Assembly (NCBI GenBank): GCA_036172245.1 | Contig: JAYWIR010000022.1 | Coordinates: 1,922,001-1,986,000 of the forward strand | Source of the DNA: Raillietiella orientalis | Taxonomy: Eukaryota | Direction: 5' to 3' | DNA: 64,000 nt | In this document: in pieces, positions 25,301 through 37,300 of the stretch | Layout: every line of letters starts with the position of its first letter | Numbering within the stretch: position 1 is the first letter of the stretch | Translations under genes and position numbers: made by a program | Notes under the pieces: generated by a model | What the model was told of the DNA's origin: nothing | Databases searched by the model: none | What the model saw: only the letters and a program-made list of their open reading frames with translations

Positions 25301-28300
25301 TTCCCGACTCCCGTGGGCTCGAGCGCGCACTCACGAAGGATGCGCGGCGTGTGTGTGTGTGACGTGCTTGCGCGCGCTCTCTCATCATCCCCGTCGATGC
25401 GGCAGCGACACGTTGCGAATCTTCCCCGTCCTCCCGTGATCGAGCCACGCGCTCCCCCCACCCGCCCTTCCTCCCTCGCTCGCCGTTGGTGAGCGCGCAC
25501 GCGGTCTCTTGGCCACCTCCTCCTCCTCTCGTCTTCGCTCTGCAATTCCTCTCCTCTCCCTGGAGTGCCGACGGCGGCGTTTTCTTTTTTCGCGCTGCTT
25601 CTTCCCACTGCGCAGCAGCGGCCTGCTGCCGTTCCCGATGAGACGCTTGCCGAAGAGCGACCACTTCCGTTTTCGTCTTTCTCCGGAGCAAAACAATTTC
25701 GAGCACGAAGGCGGCTTGAGCACGAGATGTAAACATCGGCGCGGGCCCGAAGGACTCGCTTCCCCTTCCCTCCGGCATTCCACTGAGCGGAGAGCAGGCC
25801 ATTCAGGAAGGGAGCGCGGCTCCTCTCGCACGTCTCCGGTCGAACTTCTCAGCTCTTCAGGTCTTTCGCAGCCCTCTGCATTCTTCCATGCCGTCCCACT
25901 CCGCTGAAATTTTTTTCCCCGCTTGTTTTCGGACCCTGGGAATGCGCACGTCTAGCCGAGGAGCTGCCTGGGAAGGGATGGGGTTCCTTTCCGAGCTCTC
26001 CATCTTATGGATGCGCGCCCCTGCCTCCTAGACTGAAGAGGCCCTAGCGTGGAAGGGGGGGGGGGGAGAGCAGTGAGACACGGGAGGAAAAACAAGTGCC
26101 TTCCCGGATTCCAACGGCAGCTTCGGGAAACTTCGGAGGGAATTTCTGCTGTTCGTTTTTGCAGGGAAGGAGGTGGATTCTCCCTGCCACCGCGCCGACC
26201 ATCAGCATTGGACTTTTCTCACGACTCTTCCGGGTGTGCCCTCCCTCCAGGATTTGCTATCCGGGTAAACCGCCGTCGAGGGAGGTGGGTGCGGGCAGCA
26301 GTACAGAGCGCAGGGAGATCGTCCGGATGCCTGCCGGCACCATGCTGCAAGCAACCGTGGAGTCTCTTTGCATTCTGGATTCTCGAGCTGGCCGCCCTCT
26401 ACTGAGGAGGCTGCAAGAACTGCACTTTGCCTTTCCCATCGAAGCAGAAGCAGAGGACGAGCTCGAACATTTCTTGTTGCGCTCGGGAGCCACAGAAAGA
26501 ACCGAGAAAGAGCAGTAGCACCAAGAAGAGAAAGAAGTAAGCAAAGGAGGCGAAATGGAGCTGCGCGCAGCTTCCCTTGCGAGTCGACCCAGAGAGAGAG
26601 CGCGTCTCGCGAGCTGCATTCCGGGAGTCTCGCAAGAACGCTCGAAGATCCAGGGAGCAAGTAGGGCCATCCTTTGCCAGAGTAGCAATCAACACCTTAA
26701 TTAGTGACCATTACCAAGGCAACCTGTCTCGCAGTGAATCAAATTATGAAAAGGAGCAGCAGAAGCTAGCAAGGGGAGAGCGAGGAGACATCCGCATCCT
26801 TCGGAAAGGAGGGTCGGTTGCGAGGCGGGGCTTGGGCGGCCTGCGACGCTCGGACTTACTGTTGGGTTTGGAGACCTCGACTCGTAGGACGTACTTCTTT
26901 CCGTAGATCACCTCGTTGGTCTTCACCCCGTCCCGAAGGACCTCCAGCGACACCAAGGAGATGTCCTCGCTTGGAACAGAGGAGAGATTTTCATGAGACA
27001 CGAACGCGAGGGCTTAAACACCGCAAGCGACCTTGAGCATGCACGCGCGCGCGCACCCACGCACGTGCGTGGAAGGGCCATCGCCGGGCGTCCGCTCTTC
27101 CACCGCAACGAGGCAGAAGGAGAGACTTCATTAAGGCGTTGCTTGGTCACACGACCGCCTCATTCCCTTCAGGACGCCACTGCTGGGGTTGCCGGGTGTG
27201 CGCCGCTCTCGCGCGGCGGCGGTGCCTTGCCCCGTCCCCGAAAAGATGGAGGCCGCCGAGAGCTGGCGTTTTCCATCCCCGAAACAACAGCAGGGAAAGG
27301 AGAAGCGCACTTCCGGGCGGCAGGATGGAAGGGCACTCCTCTTCGTCCCGGAAGGTTGCTCTCGAACAACCTTCCGACTAACCTCCCTCTCCTTTAGACC
27401 GAAGTCCCCGAGCAGCGCTCGCGGTCTCCACGGCATGTGCTTTTCGCCCGCCTCCGCGACGACGACGTCCTCGAAGAAAGCAAAAGGCGCATCATCCTCT
27501 GCGGTTCCTTCCGCCGGCGGACGGAACGTCCCTTTCGCTTTCGCTTTCCGAGTCCCACCCCCACCTCCGTCCACAGGGCGCGGTTTCCACGGCAGTGTCG
27601 CCAGCCGAGGTCTCTCGGCAAGGTTCGGCCTCAAGTGGCAGGCCGACCTGGAAGACGAGGGACGGCTCCGAGGCAACGCGCCCCGCACCTCCCCCGCGTT
27701 GGGGAAGGTGCACGCCGAAGTCTCGCCCGCGCATCAGAGCGGCCCCCCTCGCGGCGCTCCGACGCCCACGCCACGGCGGCGGCCTCGGATCGGCCTCGGA
27801 GCAGCAGGGCGTAGCGGTAGGCGCCGGTGCTGCCACCTCCAAGCCGATCCGCCCGGTTCGCGCTCTTTGGCGCGGAAGACCTTCGGGCTGCACGGTTTTT
27901 CCGCTGACCGGTGGGCAATTGCCTCTTCCCTCTTCTTCCCAGCTCGTCTGCCTTCCTGGAAGCGCCGCGCTTGTCCTGAAGGACACGCGCGTCGTGTCTC
28001 CCGGAATCGACTCTCCCCTTTTCCAGAGATCAGTCTCACGTTGCCTCCCCTTGCGGAGCTGCTCTTTGGAGGGTGGCTTCCTGGACAACTCCGCCGTGAG
28101 GCGATTTCCGACTTGCAGCCCCTTCCGCTCCTTGGGAACTGGCGCCGGGATCAGAGAGCCGCCTACCCATTTCGAAAGCGCAGTTGACCATAGGGTACCC
28201 CAACACACCCGTGATCTGTACAACAGCAACAACAAAAAACAGCAAAGACACGCAGCCAGTCGATGTCCTCGGATGCTGAAGAGTTGTGCACGCCATGGGC

Positions 28301-31300
28301 GTCCATCCGGTTTTCCTCTGCACTCCCACCCGCCGCCTCCTCTCGCTAGGGAGGGAGAACCTTAGTGGTCACCGGCCCGTCCTTGGTAGGAGAAGGCGCG
28401 AAGAAGCGGCGGAAGATGGAAGGGGAGCGTTGGCCGAGGTATGCCGCAGGCGTGTGGAGGAGGAACCTCCAAGATGGAGGATGGGGGAGAGCATACTCTC
28501 CTGAAGCGAGGGAGGAAAGACGAGACGCTCCAGAGAAGAAAAGAAGGAATGTCTCCGTCCGGAAAAGGCGATGGTGGCCGCGGCATCCCACGTAGTCCAC
28601 TCAGGTCCCTCCTTTGCACCGAATGCCACCTTCAACACCCAGGATTCTCCTCTCCTCGGGAGCTTCAGATGCCCACAGACCGCTTTCTCCGACCCCAGGG
28701 AAGTCTCCTCCTCGAGGGGTGGGCCGTGGCAGCTTGGAGTGGAAGTGCCGCCGCATTCGACACATCCCCCTCCTCCGGGAAAAGGAAGGAAGCGTGGACG
28801 CAGGCATCCCTCTCTCTCCCCCATACTGCATCCGCACCACGGCCAACGCGCCCCTTCCATCTTTCGTCGCTTCTTCGCGATCTTCCGAATTCGTCCTGAG
28901 CGAGTGAAGATGGAGCCACCTTCAGCGTCTCCTCTTTAACACTGGAAGGCCTCCAACCTGCCCTCCCTCACTTTTTTTTTTCTTTCCGAGCCATCTTATC
29001 ATCTACCGCTATTGCCTTTGAGTCTCCGTTCCTACCGCTGACGCTGGACGGTCTCAGGAGGATGCGCCCTCGTAGAGAGACCTCGTCCTCCCCCCATGAA
29101 ACCTTCCTCTCTGGGAGGTACCTCCCTCCGGCCTGGGAGACCCTTGGAGATCTGCCTCCGCTGATGTGCTCCCCGTGACTCGGGTAAACAGGTCCAGACG
29201 ATCTTCAGTTGATCTGCGGATAGGCCTGCATCCATCTTTCTCAGTACCCGGGTCGGCGAGCAGCACTCCCGAGAGGGAGCACGCCCGAGGGACTCCGTTC
29301 CTCTTCCTCTCCCCTCTTTCTACGGAGGGGCATCGCCATCTTGGATGCGTTCCCACAGAGTCTCGTTACGGCCCCAGCGCCACTCCCGGCCTGCCTCTGG
29401 GGAGGTGTGAGCTGGGGTCCGCGACATAAAATGCGTGGTATCTTCGGCGGCAGGCGCCGCGCACACCACGCCCTCCACGTGACCTGCGCGCGACCGACCG
29501 TCTCTCCGTCCGGGCACAGGTGCTCGCTCGCTCCTTCCTTGCAGAGCAGCCCACCGGGAAGGATGCTGCAGAAGGCGTGACGTCTACAGAGCTCGCGCTT
29601 CCCTTCTCAATCTCACCCGGGCGCGCCGCCGCCTTCCATCTCGACGTAATCGCTCCTCTTAAAGCCGTTTTCTTCCTCATTGAGATGGCGATTATTTCGT
29701 GTCTGGACCGACCGGTGCCTCCTCTCGCAATCTCTCTGGGAATGCCCTCTCCTCGCATTTTCGGCCGGCTCGTACAGGGGCGCGCGCCTCTTGTGGGGAG
29801 AGATAGAGACGGCGGTGGTCCTCGGTCCATCGCCGCTCACCCCACCGTGTCCCGCATCTCGCGGTCGGCTATCAGGGAAAGGGGTGAGGTAGTCTGCCCT
29901 TTCCGACATCATCCCGCGTGGCTCTCCCTGGAGCCAGACCAGGGAAAAAAAGACGTCCTGCAACTTCCTAACATCTCCCCCTCTCTCTTTTCCTTCCTCC
30001 GCTGCCGCCATCGTGGCCGTCTTTGAACCAAGAGGTCAGAGGCACCCACCTAGAACCTGCCCTTCACTCGCGGCATCTTGACGACCTCGAAAAGATGCTC
30101 TGGAAACGCACGCCGCCTGACTCCCCTCCCGAAAACCGGTTGCCAGGATGAGGGGAGGAATGCAGGGGCGGAAACCTCCGTGTCTCTCCCTCAGGGCAGG
30201 TGATGGGAAATGCGCAGCTTGAACCTGCGTTGCCATGCTCTTCCTGCTTGAACCATCACCCTGGTAGCCGATTCCTTCTGGCTGGGGCCGCTCACCTCCC
30301 TTCTCCCGGCAGAGTCTGGGATCCCTGCGCGGCCATCTCGCGGAAAGGGATGGAACAACTGAGGGGAGAAGGAAGGGAGGAGGAGAGGCGGAGGAAGAGA
30401 TCGCTCGTGGGAAGTCATGGGTAGAAGCTCGCCAGCAGCGGTCCGATCCCCGCTTGTGACAGCACCCTCGCCACACTCCTTCCCGTGCGCCTCTCGGCAG
30501 AGACCGACAGGTCCACATTCTAGAAGGGGGAGGTGGTGGGTTGACTCACCTTTCTGAGTAGTTCCTCAGATAGGAGAAGAAGATGAGACGAGAGCTCTGA
30601 CGTGCTTTCGACTCCCCTCGAGACTTTCGAAGATTTCCCTCACTCCCAACTTCCCTCTTCCCAGAACTTCCGTTTTTGAAGGTGCCCTCTCAGCCTTCCA
30701 TCTCGAAGTTGCTGCCGATCAGCTCAGGACTGCTTCTTCCTCCCCCTCCCCTTCTCCTCCGTCTCCATAGCACTCAATAGAAGAGGGAAAGTCGACTCTC
30801 TTCCAGCAGCTCTTCCTCCCACTCCTTCGAGACCGACGGTCGCGCGCTGCCAGGGTCCCGCCTACGCTTGGAATCTTCAAGGTCTCCATGGCCTGCAGGC
30901 AGTCTTCGGACTCTGCCCCTGCCGGTCGCCAGCCTCGAAGGACACGACTTCCTCCCCTCCCCTTTCCCTTTCCCCCACCCTTCCGTCTGAGGAAGCGCGG
31001 CCGGTGCGCGTTCCCACTTTTGGTACCGGGCTGCCGCGTTTCAAGGACGTCGTTTCTTCCAGCTCCTTCCTCTTCGCCTCCGCTTCCAGGCACGCGCGCG
31101 TGCGCACGCCGAAGAGCCGCTCTACTTCGCCTCTCTTCCCGGAGCCTGTCACCACCGCTGGCGGTCAGGGGTCAGCGAGGGAGGCAAAGACAGGGACGGC
31201 TGGAAGTGGCGTGGGCATCCTCCCCGAGACCGCGGGGGCTATCCCGTCTGGACGGGGTAGAGGGAGAGGGGAATTTGCGTTTCAAAGGGTGGGGGTGGGG

Positions 31301-34300
31301 GGTGAGGAGATCTCTGCATGCGCGGCTGCATCGGAGCCTGCATTGCCGGAAGGAGTCCACCCCGGCCGAAAGGGGAATCCCAGCAGCGTAATGCCAAGGA
31401 CGGCGCGCGCCTCCGCATCCTCCCCGCCCACGTGACACACGAGGAAGGGAGGGGGGAAATAGGAAGAGACGACTCGAGTCTCTTCCACCCCTCCCGCTTG
31501 CTCTGGATCCTCGGGGAAAGGCGGAGATCCCTCCCTTCCATCGTCCATGCACCCATGACCCCACCCTCCCTCCACGGATGCGGGGGGTCTCCACCTCCGC
31601 GACCGCCCCTTGTCCCGAAAGGCGCGTAGGACGGTCGAACCTCCCCGTGCAGAGCACTGCGATCTATCTCCTTCCTCCCACCCCTGCCTGACCCTCCCTT
31701 AAGACTTACTCCGGTGTGCGAAACCTGGACTTCCCGCAGCTGATGACGTAGTACTTGTCGTTCGCCAGCTCCAGCGTCTTGTGGACGCGCACAGCCACGG
31801 GCAGGAAGTGCTCCTCCGTTTTCTGGAACCAAGGAGAGATGCAAGGGTCAGTGCCTGTGGGCTCTTTCAGAAAAGCCCCTTCCGCTTGTCCCTTTCCTCG
31901 TTGCTCCCTGCGTTGCCTCCCCATCAAGGCCGCCGCGCGCCGCCGCTTTCAGGAAGCGCGGAAGGGAGGGAGGGAGAAAGGAGCGAGTGGGTTCTTCGCA
32001 AGGGTGGCCGCCGCCGCTGCCTGCGGAGAGCGCCGTCGCACCGTGGGAACGCTGCAGATGAGGATGCTCCAAGGTCAACCGGTTACGCGGCTCCGGGCCA
32101 CCTTCGGAGAGCGCGCTGCCGGAGCGAGCGAGCGAGCGCCCGCCCGCCGCGGAAGGGACCCTCCCACAAAGACCCTCCGGTTCCCTCGGATCCTCGAGGG
32201 CGTACGGGGGATGGCGGATCCGAGCAGCAGGGAAATGTCCCGGAGAACCCCGCCGAACCTTCTCCCCCTCCCTCCTCCAACAAACCTTAGCCGCTCCCTT
32301 CCACATTCCCGGGATCGCCGGCGAAAACTCCGCCGGCCGCCGCCGTCAGAGAGCAGCACGTGCCCAGATTCCGCGAACCGCCACTGCCACCGGCGGTCGG
32401 ATCGGCGCAGGAAGAAGAGACGCGGTCGGTGCCGGTGAAAGCGGAAGTCTCTCTCGCGCGCGGGCCGCTCTTCTTTCCGCCTCGCCGTTCCCGACTTGCG
32501 TGTGGCATTCTCCTTCACGCCCATAAGGGCAGTCGGGAGTCCCTCCTTCGCAGAGGCGCGGGAATAAGGAGAGCCAGAGAGGAACGAGGGGGCAGAAATG
32601 GACGATCCGCCTTCTGTCTTGGGAAGACGAGGGAAAGAGGAAAAAAAAGAGGGGGTGGGGAAGGAGAACTACTGGCCTTGTGGGAGACCGGCCCCTAAGG
32701 CCCGCAGCTCGGCTTCACCGCGTTGTGGGCCGCGCAAAAAGCCACGAGGGCCGGACTCCAGGTTCCCGCTTCTGTACGGTCGGCGTCCGCCGCAGGAACC
32801 TCCCCCTGCCCGTAAAAATCCTCTCGCTCGCGAGGGAGTGAAGCCGGAAGCACCGATCTTCCCGTCCTCCCGGAAGTCGAACGTCGGTTCATCGTCCCGC
32901 GCGGGGCTTCCATCCTTCCGCCTGCCGGAGGGGCGTTGGACTTCGTCCGTCTTCCCCGCCTTCTGCGCGACCCTTGTCCTAGTCTCCGGCGATACAGGAC
33001 CTCTTGCCCCTCCCAGAGGGAAGCGTGTGCTGAGAGCAGGTTTTCGTTCCCCCGGGCAAGGGAAAGCTGACTCCTAAAGAGGGACGTGCAGGGTCGACGG
33101 GGCCTACGTGTGAGCCCCTCGGGGTCTGTGGTCCACGAGACCAGCGACCTTCCTTTCCTCCTTTGCACTTTCCTTCGACCATACTGGGCGGAAGAGGGAA
33201 CCTCGTCTAGCGAGTGGCCAGGGAAGAGAAATAGGGAGAGAGGAGAGGAGGAGGAGTGCAGAAGGATCATCGTCGACCAAGAGGGGAACTGGATCTTCGA
33301 GGTCAGGTGTCTCTCGCGCCGAGCTTCGTGTCTCAAAAGTGCCTGACTCTTCAGCTCATCCATCTCGTTCCACCTTCGCCTCTCGAGAGTGAGAAAACAG
33401 GGACGGCAGGGCGTGGCCGTATGGCGGCGGGAATCCTTCGCGGTTTCCCAGGAAACAGTCACCCGAGAGTTGCTGGACGGTGAACAAAGGGAGACCAAGG
33501 CTCCGTGAGAGGAAGAGAACGGTGGTTTCCCTGGGCGAAGGTGCGCTTTTTTTTGACCTCCGCAAGGTGACTCTCTTCTCCCTTCCTCCCCCTTTCCGCC
33601 CTGGAAGCTCAGCAGGGAGGAGCCATCCGAAGGGGCGAACAGGGGGAAGCAGAGATCGTCTCCGCGTTTTTCAAAAGGAGGCAAGCCGGCGAGCTCCAGG
33701 GAAGCGTGTGCCCGACCTAAGCTCATCTTGGCAGGCGCGTCCACTCATCGGTCACTCCAGACCCTTTTTACCTGACCCTTTTCCCTTTTCCCTTCGAAAC
33801 TTCCCTTGATGTGACTCCCTGTGAAAGCAGTCTCCCAGCAACGTCCCGGAGCTCACAGAGAACAAACCTCTCTTGCGACCTTGGCTCGAGGGCGTACGGG
33901 GGATTGCAGGTCCGAGCAGAGGGAAATGTCCCGGAGAACCCCGCCGAACCTTCTCCCCCTCCCTCCTCCAACAACCCTTAGCCTCTTCCTTCCACATTCC
34001 TGGGATTGCCGAGGAAAACTCCGCCTGCCGCCGCCGTCAGAGAGCAGCACATGCCCAGATTCCGCGAACCGCCACTGCCACCGGCGGTCGGTCCAGAGCC
34101 AAAATCGGCTCAAAGAGAAGACTCGATCCACCTTGTCCCCCCTGCCCCATCCCTGATGAACCCTTCCTTCCCTCAAGAGACACAGGCTGCTGAGGGCTCT
34201 GTCTTCTTGGATCGGGACGTTGGATGGAGCCGGGATATCAGGAGAAGAATTGTGGACGCGTCATGGTCCACAGGTCACCGAAGCCGAGAAGGGAGGGAGG

Positions 34301-37300
34301 GAAGTCAGGAAGAGGATCTTGCCTCGGGGAGGCCCATGCAGCTTACCGACGAGGAGAAGGAGGAAGAGAGGGAGCATGAGGCAGCGGAACCGACCCCTCT
34401 GATCCGTCCAGGGACTCATGGAACGATGAGGTCTCCGGAGTGTAGGAACCCTCTTCTCCTTTCCCCTCGTCTCCCGAAAAACCCCTCTTCCCTTCGGACG
34501 CAGGAGAAATAGGGCAGAAAAGAGCAGTACGGCAGCCGAGTTACCAGGAGATCGCGTGCAAGACCCCGTCCGGACATCAGGACGAAGACGAACCAAGGGG
34601 AGGACGAGGTTGGCGGCGGGGCTGACGTGTCTCCCGGAGGCGAAAGCTCCCGGCTCGATGAATGAACGGAAAGTGAGGGAAATGGAGAAAGGAGGAAAAT
34701 GGGAAGAAGAAGTGGAAAAGAGCGCAGCAGATAACAAGAGAAGGGGGGGGGGGGAGAGAAGCACGGGAAGTGCGGTCTCTCCTCCTCATTTTCACCAACT
34801 AGTTCCTCCCACCGCGATTCCCAGTCCACGGTTCCTCCTCCTGGCTTCCACCGTTCTCGAATGAGCCAGGAAAAGCTGTCCACATCGGTGGGAATTGAGT
34901 GTGGGGATGCTTTCAGCCCCGTTCTACTCCAGAAAGTTCAGCACTTGAGTCTGGATGCGTTTTACTAGAATGCCACGAGATGTCTTGCAACAAGAAAGCT
35001 GTTGGGTTGAGCCGTCCTCTTAGATTGGGCAAGCATCCTTGCCCAGGGGTCAACATTCGCATGGCCCCTGCTTTTGGATTTGCGCCCCGTCTCACCACTT
35101 TTCCGGTTCCAGCTCAACCGGCAACAGTCCAGGAATCAAGTCTCCTCCTGGATGGGAAGGCTCTACCATCGGGGAATCAATTGCGGGGCCCTACAAGAGT
35201 GCCCTTCCTCATGTTCCTGTCTACGTGGGTCGGTTTTTCGTCGATGCCCGAGCTCCCTCCCTTTCCATGTGTCTGGGTGACACAGAAACGGATCGCCATG
35301 GTGTATCGGATGCTATGGATTGCCCAGTAAAACCGGAGAGGAGGGTTTGCTCTCTTTTCCTGTGCCTTGCTAAAGGTCACTTTCATCATCTGGTGAACTC
35401 TCGACTGGCCAATCTGCAGGATGCACAAAAGAATTCCGTTCTCTCCCTGCTGATTCTTCTGGAGCCATGGGTGTCGGAGAGTCCTTTTTTCTTTGATCCA
35501 GAATTGCATTCGTCCTCGTCTCTTGTGGATGCACCGACCACAGATGCCGAGTCCCCTAATGGAACAGCGTTTCTTTTCTTCGTGACCCTCATGGGAACGT
35601 TTAACGGGTGCCATTATGGAATGGAGGTGCTGATGGCACTCCGCCATCAGCACCTCGATTCTTCCTCTTACGATGGGACACTGCCGAGCAGCTCATCTTT
35701 CCGGCAAATGCTTCGAGAGCATCCACGGGCTTTAGTTGCTTCCCCCCCCCCCCCCTCCCCATAGGCGAGCATCCTTCCACCACCCGTGTGAGCCCGTGCA
35801 GGAAAGCCGTGATGGCATAAGAGAAGAGACATGGCGAGACCACTCTTCAGGAGCAATCGGCTCAAGAAGAGCAGAAGAGTCCCCGGGAAGGAGCAACGCT
35901 CCCAGACCCAGTTCTCATGGAGCGCTCGAGGGAAGGAGAACTCAAGAGCGGCGCAGGGAGCGGTAGGAAGGATAGGGAAGCCACTCACATTGTTGAACTG
36001 GACTCCACAGTAGTTTGGTGAGGAACGCTCCTCCAGAAGGTTTACGTTCATGGTCACGGTGTTGCTCGTGCCGTCCCCGAAAGCTTCGCATGGAGGCCTG
36101 CGGTGGTCTCTGGCATGGATGATGCCTGAAAGAACAAGGAGTGTAGGATTCGAAAGCGAAGAAGCGGAGGCTCGATGTCTTCGTCTCTCGTGAGACGACA
36201 GGGCTGCAATCCTAGTAACTCTCTGTTAACTGCAGTAAGCAGTGCGTGCACAGTGACCATATATACTCTGCTTGAGCATACCGTCTGTACATGAAGCACA
36301 GAGGAGCCGCATTAAGCACACCTACTGGCGTCTCCATCACCATGCACGATCATCATTGGTGCATTTCATCGTTTGGAAATGAGTCGCATGAATGGGATGG
36401 AGCTGTGTACTCTTGCGAGCTAATTAATTGCAATAACACTTCTGATGCACATCCGGAAATGTACTTATTTGAAATTGATGTGTTAATGAGATTCACAGCA
36501 GGCTTTTGTACGTATCAGAGGCTCTCGGAGAAGGGCACTGAGCCGCCTGATGTGTTTCACTCACGCGTTGTACCTGCAACCGTGTTGGGGTGCTCCCACG
36601 CGCTGGCTGACAGCTACGCCCGCGAGTTGAAAATTCGCAGCCATAGCCAAAGCCTGCTTTGATTAGTCTGATTTTCGCTTCCTTTCGGAGGCGCAAAAGA
36701 ATAGAATAGGGGCTGAGGAGAGAAGAGGAAAATTGGACAGGATGGTGAGAGAAGAGCTACTTCGAGAGAGTTACATGCGTGGGCCCTTTTTTTTTTCTTT
36801 TTCAAGCCTGAGAAGACAAAGGCAAGAAGGCTGTTCTTTCCAGGCTCGATTCTTGTCTTGCTTCACCTGTCATTTCAGCTACCTTGCTTGTCTTCAAAAT
36901 TTGGAACTCAAAAAAGTCAGCAACTCAGACGAAAAAGGCACAGAAACAAAGGGTTCATAAGCCAGGTGGTTTAGCTGAAGATATTACTTTGGTGCTCCAG
37001 AGCAGTTTACTACTCCAGACCTCTTCATTTATGCGAGATCTTTCTGTTCGTTGTCTTTGAGCAAAGACAGCAACAAGACGAAGAGTTAAGGTCGTAATTC
37101 CTGCCTCTTGTGGTTCTCCATTATGCGCACTTGGGCATCGTAGAGAAGTTCCACCTTCCCGAGGTGGAAAACCATTCCAGTAGACCAATGGAGAAGGTGT
37201 GATGGCGGAACTAGAAAGGTCCGCTGAGACATGAAGCCCAGTTGGTGGTATTGTCGCGGTTCATTCTTCCCTATGATGAATTCAGAATTCCCTACTAAGT

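Noticed and set aside
32193..34091. Direct repeats as the LTR pair of a small LTR element or TRIM
   Set aside because: No TG...CA termini, PBS/PPT or TSD seen, and the repeat encodes internal YR-like residues
21415..35764. Many long overlapping ORFs (up to ~350 aa) on both strands
   Set aside because: Low-complexity Arg/Pro/Gly/Ser translations caused by high GC, lying inside ZP introns over TE relics; no coherent protein or splice support
36955..37188. Chromodomain-like VYWNGFPP motif
   Set aside because: An alternative frame fits the BEL/Pao integrase context better; the single motif is insufficient
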